From: a virus
Taxonomy: Duplodnaviria; Caudoviricetes
DNA: 64,000 bases
Direction: 5' to 3' (one strand)
IMG/VR virus record: IMGVR_UViG_3300044612_001981
Coordinates: 1 to 64,000 of that record
Both the position numbers and the translations under genes were made by a program. The notes below the pieces were generated by a model. That model made no database searches. It saw only the letters and a program-made list of their open reading frames with translations, and was not told the DNA's origin. Position 1 is the stretch's first letter; every line of letters starts with the position of its first letter. Of the stretch, positions 46,881-57,204 are shown piece by piece.

Positions 46881-47860
46881 TATATCAAAACCATAGTGCT
46901 TAAGACATACTCAGACAGAAGCTGATCAGCGTAATTGTTTCCAGTTCCGCTAAATGTTGCAGTGTCATATTCAAACTGCCAGTCAAATGTCTGTATACTC
47001 TTTAAGTACTTGTTTCTCCAGTCTTTATCTTTAGAAAAGAAATCTTTCATTAACTCTATGGTAGCTAACTCAACTTCGTGTGGTACTTGATCCCAACCAT
47101 ATCTTCCTTCAACTCTATAAGCTCCGCCATTTACAAAAGACCCATTATTGTAGTCATTAATACTTGGAGGTACCATTCCGTTTGCTGTGTAAACTACATT
47201 ATCTAATAAGCCAGACTTATTTACTTTTATTCCAAATCCACTAGAAGATATTTCAACTGGGACATTCCAATTATCAATATTGTTTATTCTATCAATAAGA
47301 AGTATGTCGTTTAGATGTATGGAATGTATCTCATTTATTTTGTGGGGCAATGGGAGAATTTCTGATCCAGTTGCGTATATCACATTTACATCATCATATA
47401 GATAAAACTCTTGTCCCGTGTAGCTTTCAATAAGTTTTCTTGCATATCTTTCTGCTGCTGCTAAATCTACAAATGTTTTGTAGTTAGGATCAGATTGATC
47501 AAAGCCAAACCCTAAAGCATCTGCAGCATTTGTTAAATCAACATATGGTTTTACAACATCAAGAAGGTGCTCTTTAACTACACTTTCTTCATCTACTTCA
47601 TATTCCCAAACTAGCCTCAATGTCCTTGGTCTATTCGTTAAGGATATTGGAGGGTATACCAAATATACGCCTCTATCTGTTTCTGCCTCTTCGGCAGTTT
47701 GGGTTAGAAGTAAAGTGTTTGGATTTATAGGAGGCTCTATTGATGGATCATTTGTTACATCATAAAATTTAACAGTAGGCAAAGAGTCTGCTTGGGCTAT
47801 CCCGCCCTTCCAAAATACTCTTTGCTTTACTGGTGAGTTTGTTCCTACTATAATTTCCAT
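46880..47860 (-). CDS. Head-to-tail adaptor
   Basis: ARKLIESYTGQEF...GRYGW..VP.EVELAT...TGN..ADQLL. Confidence 0.7.
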   Translation of the reverse strand: MEIIVGTNSPVKQRVFWKGGIAQADSLPTVKFYDVTNDPSIEPPINPNTLLLTQTAEEAETDRGVYLVYPPISLTNRPRTLRLVWEYEVDEESVVKEHLLDVVKPYVDLTNAADALGFGFDQSDPNYKTFVDLAAAERYARKLIESYTGQEFYLYDDVNVIYATGSEILPLPHKINEIHSIHLNDILLIDRINNIDNWNVPVEISSSGFGIKVNKSGLLDNVVYTANGMVPPSINDYNNGSFVNGGAYRVEGRYGWDQVPHEVELATIELMKDFFSKDKDWRNKYLKSIQTFDWQFEYDTATFSGTGNNYADQLLSEYVLSTMVLI

Positions 47861-47875
47861 TTGTTGTGTTTAAGC

Positions 47876-48271
47876 TTAGCCGTAATATTCCTGAACTTCC
47901 TTTGGTGTGGCTAAACGAAAACCCTCCTCTTTATCAAAAATTTGTTGAGCTGAATCTTTGTGCATTGCTACAAACGGATGGGTCTGAGTAAATGTATGTC
48001 CCATAATATCATATCTATGGTTTGCTCTTGTCATCATAACTAATACTGTATCCTCTGTGCGCTCTGCCTTTGGATCAAATACTGGTAGGACCTCAACCTC
48101 TTCTTTTGCATCTTCTACATCCTTAAGTGTTTTTTCATATACTGCATATGTAACACCTTCTTCTGCTAGTGCTGCAATTATATCCTGCTTGTTCTTAAGC
48201 CCGTCTGTTTCAACTGCAAACTCTTCTGCAATTGCCTTTAGATCCGCGACCTTTAATGTGTCAAAAGACAT
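47876..48271 (-). CDS. Hypothetical protein with N-terminal Rho-N/SAP-like helix-extension-helix
   Basis: LKVADLKAIAEEF...KNKQDIIAAL. Confidence 0.6.
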   Translation of the reverse strand: MSFDTLKVADLKAIAEEFAVETDGLKNKQDIIAALAEEGVTYAVYEKTLKDVEDAKEEVEVLPVFDPKAERTEDTVLVMMTRANHRYDIMGHTFTQTHPFVAMHKDSAQQIFDKEEGFRLATPKEVQEYYG

Positions 48272-48322
48272 TTAATACTCCTTTTTCTAGGTAAAACCAT
48301 TATAGCATTGTATAATTAAAAT

Positions 48323-48354
48323 GAAAAGCCCCCAAATTTAATTGGGGGCTTTTC
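48323..48354. terminator. Intrinsic terminator after the major capsid gene
   Basis: GAAAAGCCCCCAA...TTGGGGGCTTTTC inverted repeat. Confidence 0.9.
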
Positions 48355-48370
48355 TGTGATTAATTCCTAA

Positions 48371-49420
48371 TTAGGAAGCAACCTTAACGTTCTTTACAAC
48401 GACCCAAGCGTCTGCCTGCTCGATTTGAACGCCAACACGAGTATACATTGTGTACTCGATTGAGTCCTTACGTGGCCAGAAGAATCGGTAAACAGTTACG
48501 TCACGCTTAACACCAACAACAACGTTGTTAGGGAATGTTAAGTGAACATCTCCGTGTGATCCTGCAGCCTGTGCGTAATCGCCAGCTTGTGTCTCTGGAA
48601 GAAGTGGAACTTCAACGATTGGAATACCAAATGCGTATGGAGCTACATATCCTGCTGGACCTCCAAGAACTGGAACATCACCACGGATGATGCCTGAAGC
48701 AATGTCCTGTGGAGTAGTGTTCTGAATGTTCTGTGAGTTTGAGTATAGGTAATCCTGGATCAAGTTTGATCCTGCAAGGAAGCGTAGGTCTGTACGACGT
48801 TGCTTGTACTTGCGTGGGAGTGCCTTAAGTGCTGAGTTAAATACAGCACGGGAAAGTCCTGCACCTGCTGCGTCTACGACGTGTGCATTTGCCTTGGCCT
48901 TCTTTACAACACCGTCAAATGCCTTGTAAAGAGCATCTGATGAAAGTGCTGTGTTACCGTTAAGTAGAACGTCTTCAATATCGTTACCAGCCTGAGTTGC
49001 CATCATACGTGCGATGTGGTCTTCTAGATCTGGACCTTCGATATTGTCTTCTAGTGACTCTGTTGAGAGCTCCCAGTCAAGACGTAGCTTCTTTGTTGTG
49101 AGAGAGATCTTTGAGAATGTGACTGCTGCGTTTGTACCAGTGTTGTCACCTTCTGAAGCGAGCTTCATAAGCTTCTCGCCTACTCCGATTCTGTCAATTT
49201 CTGTTGTGTCAGACTTCATTCTGACTGTACGTGCGACTTTTCCAATTACGGTTGCGTCGAACATATAGTCTAGGAAACGAGCTGACTGCTCTGGGTTGAG
49301 AAGACCACCATTGCCATTTTCAGACGCAGTGTGAATTCCATCTCCACCAGTTGTTGATGCGAAAGTACCTGTAGCTGTTGTACCAGCTGCGATTGCTTTC
49401 TCTAATGTTTCATTACTCAT
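48371..49420 (-). CDS. Major capsid protein (HK97 fold)
   Basis: GGLLNPEQ..RF, LSTESLEDNIEG, follows the protease/scaffold, strong terminator. Confidence 0.92.
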   Translation of the reverse strand: MSNETLEKAIAAGTTATGTFASTTGGDGIHTASENGNGGLLNPEQSARFLDYMFDATVIGKVARTVRMKSDTTEIDRIGVGEKLMKLASEGDNTGTNAAVTFSKISLTTKKLRLDWELSTESLEDNIEGPDLEDHIARMMATQAGNDIEDVLLNGNTALSSDALYKAFDGVVKKAKANAHVVDAAGAGLSRAVFNSALKALPRKYKQRRTDLRFLAGSNLIQDYLYSNSQNIQNTTPQDIASGIIRGDVPVLGGPAGYVAPYAFGIPIVEVPLLPETQAGDYAQAAGSHGDVHLTFPNNVVVGVKRDVTVYRFFWPRKDSIEYTMYTRVGVQIEQADAWVVVKNVKVAS

Positions 49421-49435
49421 ATTATTTCACCTACC

Positions 49436-50800
49436 CTAGTTAAATATTTCGTTTACGGAACCGAGGAAAGAACCGTTCCATTTTGATTTGTTTGTTGCTA
49501 CTACCGCAGACCCGCCGAGGTCTGAGGACTTCTTGATTGCTGTATCGCCTTCTACGGCATCTACACGCTTTTGAACACCATCAATGGTGCCCTTTATTTC
49601 TGTTACAGCTGCACTAAGTGCGCTGTGCTTTTCTGCTAATTCTGTAATTTGAGCATTTAAACCCTTGCTAAAAGTCTCTACAGTTTCTTTGATTTCAGAA
49701 ACCTGTAATGCATTTGCCTCTGTAGCCTTGCTAAGAGTATCTGCAAAGAATCCCTTTAGGTCTACTAACATTTTTGCAAAATCAGGCTCTTGTACTTCAA
49801 CTGCAGCTGACGCATCTGCGTCTACTGACTTAAAGACATCTACAGAAGCAGAGTCTGCATCTTCTGCTTTAGCAGCTGGTGCATCTTCGACGGCCTCGAC
49901 GTTAGTCTCAACCATGGTCTCTTCAACGATTGCTTCGACAGCTGGTGCTTCTGCAACTGGTGTTGCTTCTACAACTGCTGAATTTTCAGCTTTTACGTTT
50001 AGTTTTTCCACTTCATTACCTCCTTGTACGTTTGCCTGTTTTGCGATTGTTTGTGTTGCAGGCAACGGAACTCTTGACTTCTTAAATGAAGCAAGAACTT
50101 TATCTATCTCTTTTGATTTGTTTATGTCTGAGCTTTCAACCCATCCAATTAGCGTAGCCTCTTTACCAGTAACTGGAGATGAGTATGTCTTGTCTGTAGA
50201 GATGAAAACAGAGTCGCTATCTTCGCAATAAAAAATATTTTCTGTGACAACATCTGCTGCCATTCCTTTAAAAATAAGTTGACCATTCATTTTTTCTATT
50301 GAAATAATGTTACACATTTCATTTGCTGGTGAGTCTACAATTGAAAGTTCTACTAAGTCGTAATCTTTAATAAATCGTACAGACTCTCCTGTTGCTTTAT
50401 TTATTTCGTTGTCTGAGTCTTTAATTTTCCCGCCAATTGAAAATCCAGAAAGTGTTCCGTCAAGAACTTTTTCCCATGTATCTTGTGCGCCTTTTGAGAT
50501 GTATGAAGTTACATAAACTCCGTTGTAAAATTCTTTTGATTTTTGATCGTAGTAAGTCTCTGGCTTAAATGAAACTACTTTGCCAACTGCAAGTGGCTGA
50601 TGCATCTCTCTAAGATTTCCTCTAAATGCTTCAAATGCCTTTAGGCTTGCTTCTGCTGTTACGACGTCACCAGTTTGATCTACATTATCTAGAGTTGCAA
50701 ATCCAGACACGGTTCTATTCTCCCTGTTTACTTTTGTAAAAGGAACAGATAAATGAAGGTTTTGGCCGTCAGAAGACCACTGACTTTTTTCTATGTTCAT
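49436..50800 (-). CDS. Prohead protease fused to an acidic/coiled-coil scaffold
   Basis: RTVSGFA..D.VD, LREMH, GFSIGG, ELSIVDSPAN; Ala/Glu-rich C-terminal half. Confidence 0.9.
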   Translation of the reverse strand: MNIEKSQWSSDGQNLHLSVPFTKVNRENRTVSGFATLDNVDQTGDVVTAEASLKAFEAFRGNLREMHQPLAVGKVVSFKPETYYDQKSKEFYNGVYVTSYISKGAQDTWEKVLDGTLSGFSIGGKIKDSDNEINKATGESVRFIKDYDLVELSIVDSPANEMCNIISIEKMNGQLIFKGMAADVVTENIFYCEDSDSVFISTDKTYSSPVTGKEATLIGWVESSDINKSKEIDKVLASFKKSRVPLPATQTIAKQANVQGGNEVEKLNVKAENSAVVEATPVAEAPAVEAIVEETMVETNVEAVEDAPAAKAEDADSASVDVFKSVDADASAAVEVQEPDFAKMLVDLKGFFADTLSKATEANALQVSEIKETVETFSKGLNAQITELAEKHSALSAAVTEIKGTIDGVQKRVDAVEGDTAIKKSSDLGGSAVVATNKSKWNGSFLGSVNEIFN

Positions 50801-50807
50801 ATGCTTA

Positions 50808-50836
50808 ATTTTATACTTATCTATCTAAAAAGGCAA
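50808..50836 (-). promoter_or_regulatory. Promoter for protease/capsid genes (near-leaderless)
   Basis: TTGCCT-N17-TAAAAT-N7-ATG(50800). Confidence 0.65.
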
Positions 50837-50853
50837 ATCGTAGTTGATTGGAT

Positions 50854-52437
50854 TTAGTCAACTCTGCTTCCGTCGCCTTTTGCATTTCTTCCTTCTCCGA
50901 CTTTATCGGAAGAGGCGGCGGATCTTTCTGAATCCCTGGCTCTAGTTTTCCCAGCGGTTGCTTTTTGATCGGCTGCCTGTTGTGGCTTTAATTCAACCAT
51001 CTCGTCTCCGCCTTCGACTGGAATCATACCTTTTCTAATTCTAACTTCATTAGGGGTAATTACCTGCATTCTAAGATATCTTTCATCTATTTGAGATTGT
51101 GTGTCTTCATCAGTTAATGTGAGCTCTTCGAATTTAATTTTTAGGGCGTCAGTCTTTTCTTCAATTATTGCATTAATTCTTTTTTCTAGTCTCATTTGTG
51201 CTGGACGGCAAACCTGCTCTTTAAATGTTTTGTCTGCGTCTCTTGCAACCGCTAAATTAACTCCTTCTGGAGTTCCAATTTTATTAATTGGCACACGGTG
51301 AGCCAATAGTATTTCATCTCTATTAGATTGTCGATAAATATTAAATGATGATTCTTGAGCTCCAGCCTCAACTGGCTCCATTTTAAATTCAACCTTGTTG
51401 TCTGGAGTATCCGCTGGAAGTGGTATATAAAGTGATCTATGGTTTTTGCCCTTTAGTCCAACCTGGAAAAATTCTAGCAACTTTCTTTCTGACTCTGGGG
51501 AAAGCTTTGCTCCCTTTACAGTGATTATATATCTTGGTACCGCTTTGTTTTCAAAGTAATCAAGGTTATATCTTCCAGCAAACTCGTTACCAGCTAATGA
51601 CATTTGTGCTGCAACTATGTCTGGGATTCCATAATAGTTATTCATTGGGGTATATTTTTTTAAGTGAATAATTTCATTTGGTCTGTCTTCAACATCACCA
51701 ATTGGATTAGGAGTTTCTAGATCACCAAAGTTTCTAAAGAATACAGCCTTGCCGTAAAGCAACTGCATGAAACCATCACGAAGTCTTCTTACTCTCATTG
51801 TCTTTGCTGGGATATGTCCTATATAACCTATATCTCCTGCTGTTGTTCTACCAATTTCAATATAGCCGTTTCCTGTAGCTTCTAAATCAGTATAAACTTT
51901 TATTAATGTTTCAGTAAATGTATCTTCATCGTTAGTGGTATCAAGCCACTCTTGAAGGTCCTGCTTTAGTTTATTGAGCTTTCTTCTGGCTCTATCTAAT
52001 TGCTTAGTGTCCGTTATCGCATCTATAGCGTCATTAGTTTTTCTTGTCTCAGTGAATGAATAGCCTAGACCAACAATGTTTGCAACCTTTGCATTTATTG
52101 CAGCGTAGTTGTATGTTGAAACTTCATAGATTTGAGATAGATATTCTAGATTGTATACTGGCTGAACAAGGTCAAACATTGCATAGCCAGTTACTGCCTG
52201 CTGTAATAAATTCTGCTGTGTTGCCGCCCCATCTTTTCCAGTAAATGATTTTGCAAAATCTCTGTTTACTTTTCTTTTAAAATTGGTGCCGAGCCCTCTT
52301 ACTTTTTTAAGTTCATCTATTCCAATTGCAAACGGGTCAACATGCTCTTTTTCTTTTTTAAAGGAAAAAAGATCTGAGCTGTTTTTTACAGAAACTTCGT
52401 ATGTGTCTTCTGGACCGTCTTCTAAGAATTGTGTCAT
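50854..52437 (-). CDS. Portal protein
   Basis: TGNGYIE, YYGIPD, YFENKAVP, ILLAHRVP, ITPNEVR. Confidence 0.92.
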   Translation of the reverse strand: MTQFLEDGPEDTYEVSVKNSSDLFSFKKEKEHVDPFAIGIDELKKVRGLGTNFKRKVNRDFAKSFTGKDGAATQQNLLQQAVTGYAMFDLVQPVYNLEYLSQIYEVSTYNYAAINAKVANIVGLGYSFTETRKTNDAIDAITDTKQLDRARRKLNKLKQDLQEWLDTTNDEDTFTETLIKVYTDLEATGNGYIEIGRTTAGDIGYIGHIPAKTMRVRRLRDGFMQLLYGKAVFFRNFGDLETPNPIGDVEDRPNEIIHLKKYTPMNNYYGIPDIVAAQMSLAGNEFAGRYNLDYFENKAVPRYIITVKGAKLSPESERKLLEFFQVGLKGKNHRSLYIPLPADTPDNKVEFKMEPVEAGAQESSFNIYRQSNRDEILLAHRVPINKIGTPEGVNLAVARDADKTFKEQVCRPAQMRLEKRINAIIEEKTDALKIKFEELTLTDEDTQSQIDERYLRMQVITPNEVRIRKGMIPVEGGDEMVELKPQQAADQKATAGKTRARDSERSAASSDKVGEGRNAKGDGSRVD

Positions 52438-52772
52438 GTTACTGATCCTCCTCGCAATACTGAATCTTTGTATTCGCCTATGTCAAGCGGGTCTGGTGTA
52501 AGTCCCCACTTAAGTCTTTGGTTTTGATATTCAAACTCTTCATCATCAATTTTTCTTCTTCCAGACAAAAACTTAGGCTGTCCCTCATAAATTCCATAGT
52601 GTCTTACTGCATCCGCCAGCAAAGCCATGCGGGCACGATTTCCTTTTTTAGAAGTTATTGAAAGAAAGTTTCCATCGTCGTCACCAATCCAGCGTCCGTC
52701 TGGCATTTCCCATACGTATATTCCGAGAGTGGTTTCCTCGATTACTTGGCTTTTTTGGTTTAAGATGTCCAT
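52434..52772 (-). CDS. Hypothetical protein
   Basis: 112-aa ORF coupled to the portal gene. Confidence 0.75.
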   Translation of the reverse strand: MDILNQKSQVIEETTLGIYVWEMPDGRWIGDDDGNFLSITSKKGNRARMALLADAVRHYGIYEGQPKFLSGRRKIDDEEFEYQNQRLKWGLTPDPLDIGEYKDSVLRGGSVT

Positions 52773-52854
52773 ATGTTAAACAGTTTATCATTATTCCTAG
52801 CAAAAGTCCAGCCTGTGTGCCATGGCAATGCACTTTTTTTAATAATTATGCAGG

Positions 52855-54660
52855 CTATTCGCCAAATGACCTTACGAAATAGGAGGTTCCGTCAAGACCC
52901 TGACTGCTTTCAGATACAGTTAGCCCTGGATCAACCACAATCTTTGAGTTATCCGAGCAATACAGTCTATAATTATTGGCTGCCTCTGTAGGGGTAAATG
53001 CCTTTTCATAAAAAGCTATATTATTGTATAAGTTTGAAGTTCCATACTCTGTGTCTAATTGATTTTGATTAAACTTAATATTTAAAGCAGGCTGGCTCAA
53101 CACTATTAGTATGTGGTGTGATACGTCGTTTAGAAAAAATGTAGATGTGTTTGCCTCAGATGTCCTATCTATACCATTTACATATATGGCAGAAATTCCA
53201 GCTTTTGTTATTGCTCCATTTGCCCCCCACTTAATTGATGAAGACGCTGAAGAGAATAATACATTCTGCCCCGCCCGTGGTGTAAAGAACATCTCTATTG
53301 TACGTGGCTCAATAGAAAGGTCTACCGAGAATCCATGTCCAGAATACATAGATATACCATTATATTTATTTTGCATTCTTACTGGATAATTATATTGACC
53401 TAGAGCGTAGTCGTATTCCGAATATATCTTTGAGCCAGAGTTATCTGAATAGAAATCTTTATTGGAATACATATCAATTTCTAGCTTATTAAAATACGGA
53501 AGATCAAAGGATGCGTCATCTGTGGTCATAGTCACTCTTATATCAAATATCGGGCTCTCTGAGTTTTGGTTTTTGTTATAATAAGGCATAGGTGAATTAT
53601 TCTTGCATATTTCCCATGGCTGATCTGGTATCTTTATTTCAACTAAAACATTGTCTACGTCTTGACCATAGGAAAGTCTAGAAGAAACAATATCTTCAGG
53701 GTTTGAAATATATAGCCTATCTTCAAATACAAAAGACTTTGGTTCTGCGATATCTGTTTTTTCAAACTCAATCCTATTGTAAACAGAATTATAATATCCG
53801 TCTCCAGAAGCAATTTCTTCTAAGCTTTTTATTCCAGGATATGTGTATGAAATGTCTGGTCTTATTGATGTTGAATTTAATGAGAAAAATATTCCATTGT
53901 TTGAATAAACAATTTGTGAATACTTAGTTTCTTTATACCCAGACACATAGTGATTTAATATTTTTTGTTCAGTTAGCTCGTAAGCATAAATTGCTGCTGA
54001 ATCAACAATAAACTTTTTTCCTACATTAGCTGGGCCTAAAGATAAATTTAAACTTGTATTAGTAAATTTAAAGCCACTGTTAACTGGGCTTTCAGAAGCT
54101 ATTTTGCCATTTACATACAAAGATATTTTATCCTTGGAAAATATTCCAACGACATGCATGGCCTCATTTTTTTTGACTTTGTGCCAAACAAATTGTGTAG
54201 CGCTGCATTTAAAAATAATGTTTTCATTTTTATAGAATAGGCCAATTGAGTTCTCTGAATCTCCCATAATAAGATATTCTTCGTTGTCATCTTTGTCTGG
54301 ACTAAACCATATTTCGAATGCAAATGCGCCGTCTGGATTTCTATTCATTCCAAGACCCAGTGCTTTTAGGCTTATTTGAGCATTTTCATTTATCTCAGTT
54401 CCTCTAATTCCCGCCCCAATAATAGGAAGTACTTCCATGCTTGAAGTATTAATTGCATACCCTTCCATGGAGTTTCCAGTGTAATCAATTATTGGCAACC
54501 CGCTAACGGCAGCATATGAAACTCCGTTATCTCTTAGGTCTGCGTATGTTGAATATAGTGTAGTTAGATTGCTGTATACTCCAGCCTCACCAGAACGAAC
54601 TTCATCCAATAAGAAAAATGCAACTGGATTATCTTTTAAGACAGTGTATTTATATGACAT
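52855..54660 (-). CDS. LamG/concanavalin-like domain virion protein
   Basis: LKDNPVAFFLLDE, FAFEIWF, HVVGIF...LYVNG, AIY...L. Confidence 0.7.
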   Translation of the reverse strand: MSYKYTVLKDNPVAFFLLDEVRSGEAGVYSNLTTLYSTYADLRDNGVSYAAVSGLPIIDYTGNSMEGYAINTSSMEVLPIIGAGIRGTEINENAQISLKALGLGMNRNPDGAFAFEIWFSPDKDDNEEYLIMGDSENSIGLFYKNENIIFKCSATQFVWHKVKKNEAMHVVGIFSKDKISLYVNGKIASESPVNSGFKFTNTSLNLSLGPANVGKKFIVDSAAIYAYELTEQKILNHYVSGYKETKYSQIVYSNNGIFFSLNSTSIRPDISYTYPGIKSLEEIASGDGYYNSVYNRIEFEKTDIAEPKSFVFEDRLYISNPEDIVSSRLSYGQDVDNVLVEIKIPDQPWEICKNNSPMPYYNKNQNSESPIFDIRVTMTTDDASFDLPYFNKLEIDMYSNKDFYSDNSGSKIYSEYDYALGQYNYPVRMQNKYNGISMYSGHGFSVDLSIEPRTIEMFFTPRAGQNVLFSSASSSIKWGANGAITKAGISAIYVNGIDRTSEANTSTFFLNDVSHHILIVLSQPALNIKFNQNQLDTEYGTSNLYNNIAFYEKAFTPTEAANNYRLYCSDNSKIVVDPGLTVSESSQGLDGTSYFVRSFGE

Positions 54661-54663
54661 GTC

Positions 54664-55776
54664 TTAATTCTCTTCTAAGGCTTTAACTCTCGCTGTAAGC
54701 TCTTGAACTGCTTTTATTAAGGGTGAAATAAATTGATCGTATCTTAATCCCTGCATTGAGTCTTCTTGAGACATGTCTATTTTTACCCATCCCGCAAAGT
54801 CTTCTACTCCAGACTGATCTAAAACCTCTTTAACTTCTTGTGCTATTAATCCGTAATGAGTTCTTGTTCCAGGAACTGAAACTATGTCTCCGTCAACTAC
54901 TTCTTTACTGCCTTCAATAAACTTATAGCTTACTGGACGTAAAGAATTAACAAAATCTAAACCAAGAAGTGAGTCGGCAACTCCTGTTTTTAATCTTTCA
55001 TCAGAAGTATTTATTGTTCCAGTGTTAGAGTATATAGTTTTCCAAAATCTATTTGATGCTACACCAGCACCCGCATCTATTGGCTGTCCTATTGAGTACA
55101 AGTTATTTGCAAGTGGGTACCAGTTTGAGTTTACTCCATATCCAGACGTTGTTGGAATATTTAATGAAATAGTTGTAGGTACTGGATCAATAGTTGCACT
55201 AGATCCAGGGATTCCTTGTGGGCCTTGTGCTCCAGTTAATCCAGTTGCGCCTCTAGGTATTGTAAAAGCAAATACAGCATTCGTAGCGGTTCCAGTATTT
55301 GTGACAGAAGCATTTGTTCCAGCTGCACCAGTTGTTGTTGTTCCAATTGCTAGTGTAGTTGGCCCTGGTATTCCTTGTGGTCCTGCTGGGCCAACAGGCC
55401 CTTGTGGTAAAACAAGATTTAAAGTTTGTGAGGGACTTGTGCCAGATATAGTTGCAGCTGCATTTACACCAGACTCAACAGTTCCTATTGAAAGAACATT
55501 AGATGGTCCTGGGCCTCCAATTATTCCATCCACACCTCTAGGTAATGTTAAATTTAATATTGCTGCTTCTGGTGTTCCTACATTTACTACTGACGCTGGA
55601 GTTGATGCGCTAACAGTTGTTACAGAGCCTATCGTTAAAGTACCTGAAGGCCCTTGTGGGCCAGGATGGTCGTCAAGATAGGCATCTACGTCGGCAGCAA
55701 GGTAACCAAGGTCTCTAGGGACGTCTGGCGTGTCTGTATACTGCGGGTATCTAAACCCTTTTCCTGTTGTGCTCAT
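54664..55776 (-). CDS. Collagen-like fibre with peptidase S74 chaperone
   Basis: Short G-X-Y runs alternating with three TL.IG.V...L.LP.G repeats; SDERLKT...YGLIAQEV. Confidence 0.85.
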   Translation of the reverse strand: MSTTGKGFRYPQYTDTPDVPRDLGYLAADVDAYLDDHPGPQGPSGTLTIGSVTTVSASTPASVVNVGTPEAAILNLTLPRGVDGIIGGPGPSNVLSIGTVESGVNAAATISGTSPSQTLNLVLPQGPVGPAGPQGIPGPTTLAIGTTTTGAAGTNASVTNTGTATNAVFAFTIPRGATGLTGAQGPQGIPGSSATIDPVPTTISLNIPTTSGYGVNSNWYPLANNLYSIGQPIDAGAGVASNRFWKTIYSNTGTINTSDERLKTGVADSLLGLDFVNSLRPVSYKFIEGSKEVVDGDIVSVPGTRTHYGLIAQEVKEVLDQSGVEDFAGWVKIDMSQEDSMQGLRYDQFISPLIKAVQELTARVKALEEN

Positions 55777-55796
55777 TTTTTTATTATACCACCTAT

Positions 55797-56447
55797 TTAC
55801 TTAATATATACATGTGAAGGACTCATGTATCTTGTGCCAGAAATAATTGGCTTTACCTCATGGAGATATGGAAGTTGTGAAGGAAACATTATTAGGCTTC
55901 CAGATTTTGGCTTTATTGTAATATTTTGATTAGGAAAATGTATTTCTCCGCCTTCATAATCATCGTTTATATAGGCAACAAGAGAGAATGCAAGCGAGGA
56001 GTCACCATCTTGACCATCAAAATGTGGTCCCATAGATTGTCCTTGGTTCCATTTTTTAATTGGCACACGACTTAACTCTAAATTATATTTGTCTTTGTCT
56101 AATCCATGTCCAGATAAATATTTATCTGTACACATTTCAAAGGCCATTAAAAAGCTATTAGCAATATAAAGAGTTTTTTTATCTGTTGAGTCTGAACCAG
56201 TAGCTTCTTTTAATTTATTTGGGAATATGTTTTTTGTAGCCCCGTAAATCAATGACTCATCATTACTGGCATTCCAATTTTCCCACTTAGAAATCCTATT
56301 GTATGAAAGAGGGTCTGAGTCTATCTCTTCAATAAATTCCTTTAGGTGCTCTGGAAAGCTAAGAGCATTTTCCCAGTACCATATTTGAGGATCTAATACC
56401 TTCAGATCAAACATTATAAACTGCTTAAAGATTGGCTCTGATTGCAT
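55797..56447 (-). CDS. 2OG-Fe(II) oxygenase (P4H-like)
   Basis: HFD, NDDYEGGEI, HEVKPIISGTRY. Confidence 0.9.
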   Translation of the reverse strand: MQSEPIFKQFIMFDLKVLDPQIWYWENALSFPEHLKEFIEEIDSDPLSYNRISKWENWNASNDESLIYGATKNIFPNKLKEATGSDSTDKKTLYIANSFLMAFEMCTDKYLSGHGLDKDKYNLELSRVPIKKWNQGQSMGPHFDGQDGDSSLAFSLVAYINDDYEGGEIHFPNQNITIKPKSGSLIMFPSQLPYLHEVKPIISGTRYMSPSHVYIK

Positions 56448-56448
56448 T

Positions 56449-57201
56449 TTATCCCTCTACTTCTGATGCTGGATACACTTCTCCACGTGGAGTTATTCTT
56501 AATCCCTTATTTCGATAATCTTCCCACTCAATAGCTTCATCTGCTTGTATGGCTCTAACCTGCCTAAGCTCTTCAGCCCATGCATCTCTTACTTCTTGTG
56601 GGTAATCTTCTTCTTCTCTATCATCCCAAAATGATCCAAGAGTGTAGCGTATTGATTTTTTAACTGTGGTGACTTCGTGCATATTATGGAAGCCTCCAGC
56701 AAATGTAACAAGTGTGCCAGTTTTGGGAACAATAGTTAATCCATGCTTGAAGTTTAACACTCCATCTTCAAAGTCATCATTCAGATAAAGAAATGTTGCG
56801 TATCTACTTCTGGTAAATGCACCAGCTACACCATCATTTGAAGTGTTATCTGAGTGCATATTGGCAAAAGCTCCTGGGGCCCATCTTTGTGAATGCCAGC
56901 TTATTTGAGACATTTGTTCTGGGTTTTTACCAGCCATATCTGCTGTTGCATCAATAACTCTTTGTCTTAATACTTGAAAAAAATCTCCTGGAAGTCCACA
57001 ATCAATTGTGTCTGGATCATTTACTTCTGGCATTCCAGACGAATATGATTCATAGAAAGAAATAGGCATCCACTTTAATTGCTCTTTTTCCATTTTAATA
57101 GCAAGCACTTTAATTACTGATTGACATTCTTCTGGTGTCAAAAAGTTTTCATAAGTTACAATATCTGGCTGGTGCTTAGTTATAATCATGCTTCTTTCCA
57201 T
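56449..57201 (-). CDS. 2OG-Fe(II) oxygenase (P4H-like)
   Basis: HSD, YLNDDFEDG, HEVTTVKKSIRYT. Confidence 0.9.
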   Translation of the reverse strand: MERSMIITKHQPDIVTYENFLTPEECQSVIKVLAIKMEKEQLKWMPISFYESYSSGMPEVNDPDTIDCGLPGDFFQVLRQRVIDATADMAGKNPEQMSQISWHSQRWAPGAFANMHSDNTSNDGVAGAFTRSRYATFLYLNDDFEDGVLNFKHGLTIVPKTGTLVTFAGGFHNMHEVTTVKKSIRYTLGSFWDDREEEDYPQEVRDAWAEELRQVRAIQADEAIEWEDYRNKGLRITPRGEVYPASEVEG

Positions 57202-57204
57202 GTT

